Of a DNA stretch of 64,000 nt, positions 63,305 to 64,000 are shown piece by piece. The first letter of the stretch is position 1. Each line of letters opens with the position of its first letter. The notes below the pieces were generated by a model, which was not told where the DNA came from, did not search any database, and was given only the letters and a program-made list of their open reading frames with translations. The position numbers were made by a program, and so were the translations under genes. Source of the stretch: Candidatus Multivoradales bacterium (GTDB lineage Bacteria > Acidobacteriota > Thermoanaerobaculia > Multivoradales > J023). The DNA lies in the NCBI GenBank assembly GCA_965248925.1, contig CBDFLE010000006.1, forward strand, positions 1,568,001 to 1,632,000, given 5' to 3'.

Positions 63305-64000
63305 TACCGACAGCCGGCCAGCTTCGAGCTGGTAGGAGAGTCCGCTACCGGTCAGTGCCGAAATCACCGCTTCTTGCAGATTCTCGCCCACCGGTGGGCC
63401 ATAGATCTGGATCTCCGCCGCCAGCTCGGCCAAAGCCTGATCGGCGTAGTGCAGCTGCCAGCCGCCTTCGCGAGCCACCCAGGCGAGCACTTCGGCCAGC
63501 GACCGACCCTCGATCTCATAGCCCGGCCCCGCCACCACCACCCAATTCCAAGTCGGCCCGAAGGTCGGTACAGAACCGCGCACTACTGAGCCATCGGCCA
63601 GCACCGCCAACTGCTCACCCGCGGCAGCGGTATGTCGGTCATCAGCCAGCTCGAGTTCCACCCGTCCTTCGCGCACCCGGATCCGTAGTGAGCGGGTCGA
63701 CGCCATCAGCCGGACCTCGAATTGGGTGCCGATATCCCGCGCTGTGCCCAAGGCGGTGCGCACTTCGAACGCCGCACCCGCCACCGCTGAATCCAAGTAA
63801 ACCGCGCCCCGTTCGAGTTCGAACTCAGTCGCCGAGAGCAAGCGCAGCCGGCTACCCGCAGCGAGGCGCAGCGAGCCGCCAGCCGCCAGCCGCAGCGCCG
63901 TGTGAGCCACCGTCTGCGCCGCTGCCGCGGTCTCGATCAGCGTTCCGGCGACCAGCTCCACACCACCCTGTGCAACGGTCCCGGCACCGCCGTCGACGAA
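63272..64000 (-). CDS. FecR-family anti-sigma/sensor, 5' part outside the window
   Basis: LERGAVY, DIGTQFEVR, VREGRV, SLAEVLAWV; the frame stays open to the window edge. Confidence 0.85.
   Translation of the reverse strand, partial: FVDGGAGTVAQGGVELVAGTLIETAAAAQTVAHTALRLAAGGSLRLAAGSRLRLLSATEFELERGAVYLDSAVAGAAFEVRTALGTARDIGTQFEVRLMASTRSLRIRVREGRVELELADDRHTAAAGEQLAVLADGSVVRGSVPTFGPTWNWVVVAGPGYEIEGRSLAEVLAWVAREGGWQLHYADQALAELAAEIQIYGPPVGENLQEAVISALTGSGLSYQLEAGRLSVSELPAETEGR

Overview
GC-rich bacterial chromosomal window. The gene repertoire (exported TPR-CHAT protease with ECF sigma and ZAS anti-sigma, FHA-sigma54 activator, FadL-like barrels, TopoIII-RecQ fusion) suggests Acidobacteriota, probably Thermoanaerobaculia; this is inferred, not tested. 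The first 23 kb is mostly housekeeping: rodZ-like, extended greA, uvrA, selB, yqeY, DUF4390 with an ntrY-like kinase, smpB, fadL with a GDSL lipase, di-haem cytochrome c, cbpA and clpB. The rest is largely accessory. The best candidate for a new system is 24.7-32.8 kb: an exported caspase-like TPR-CHAT protease, a small orphan gene, an ECF sigma/anti-sigma pair and two tandem paralogous ~400-aa proteins. The same 27-bp motif (CTGAGATAG-N11-GCAGCAG) lies upstream of the orphan gene and of the paralog pair. The paralogs diverge mainly in two segments that look like membrane-inserting hairpins in one copy and are Pro/charge-disrupted in the other, suggesting a putative pore-former plus a non-inserting partner. 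Other highlights: a TopoIII-RecQ-HRDC fusion, a DUF4262/Tdi1-like/MbtH fusion with no NRPS nearby, a myxobacterial-type aibABC operon, an internally deleted copy of the clpB 3' end bracketing an MNT-HepT module, three TA modules, an IS66 remnant and several pseudogenes. No rRNA, tRNA or CRISPR array was recognised. All family assignments come from motif recognition by eye, not database searches.
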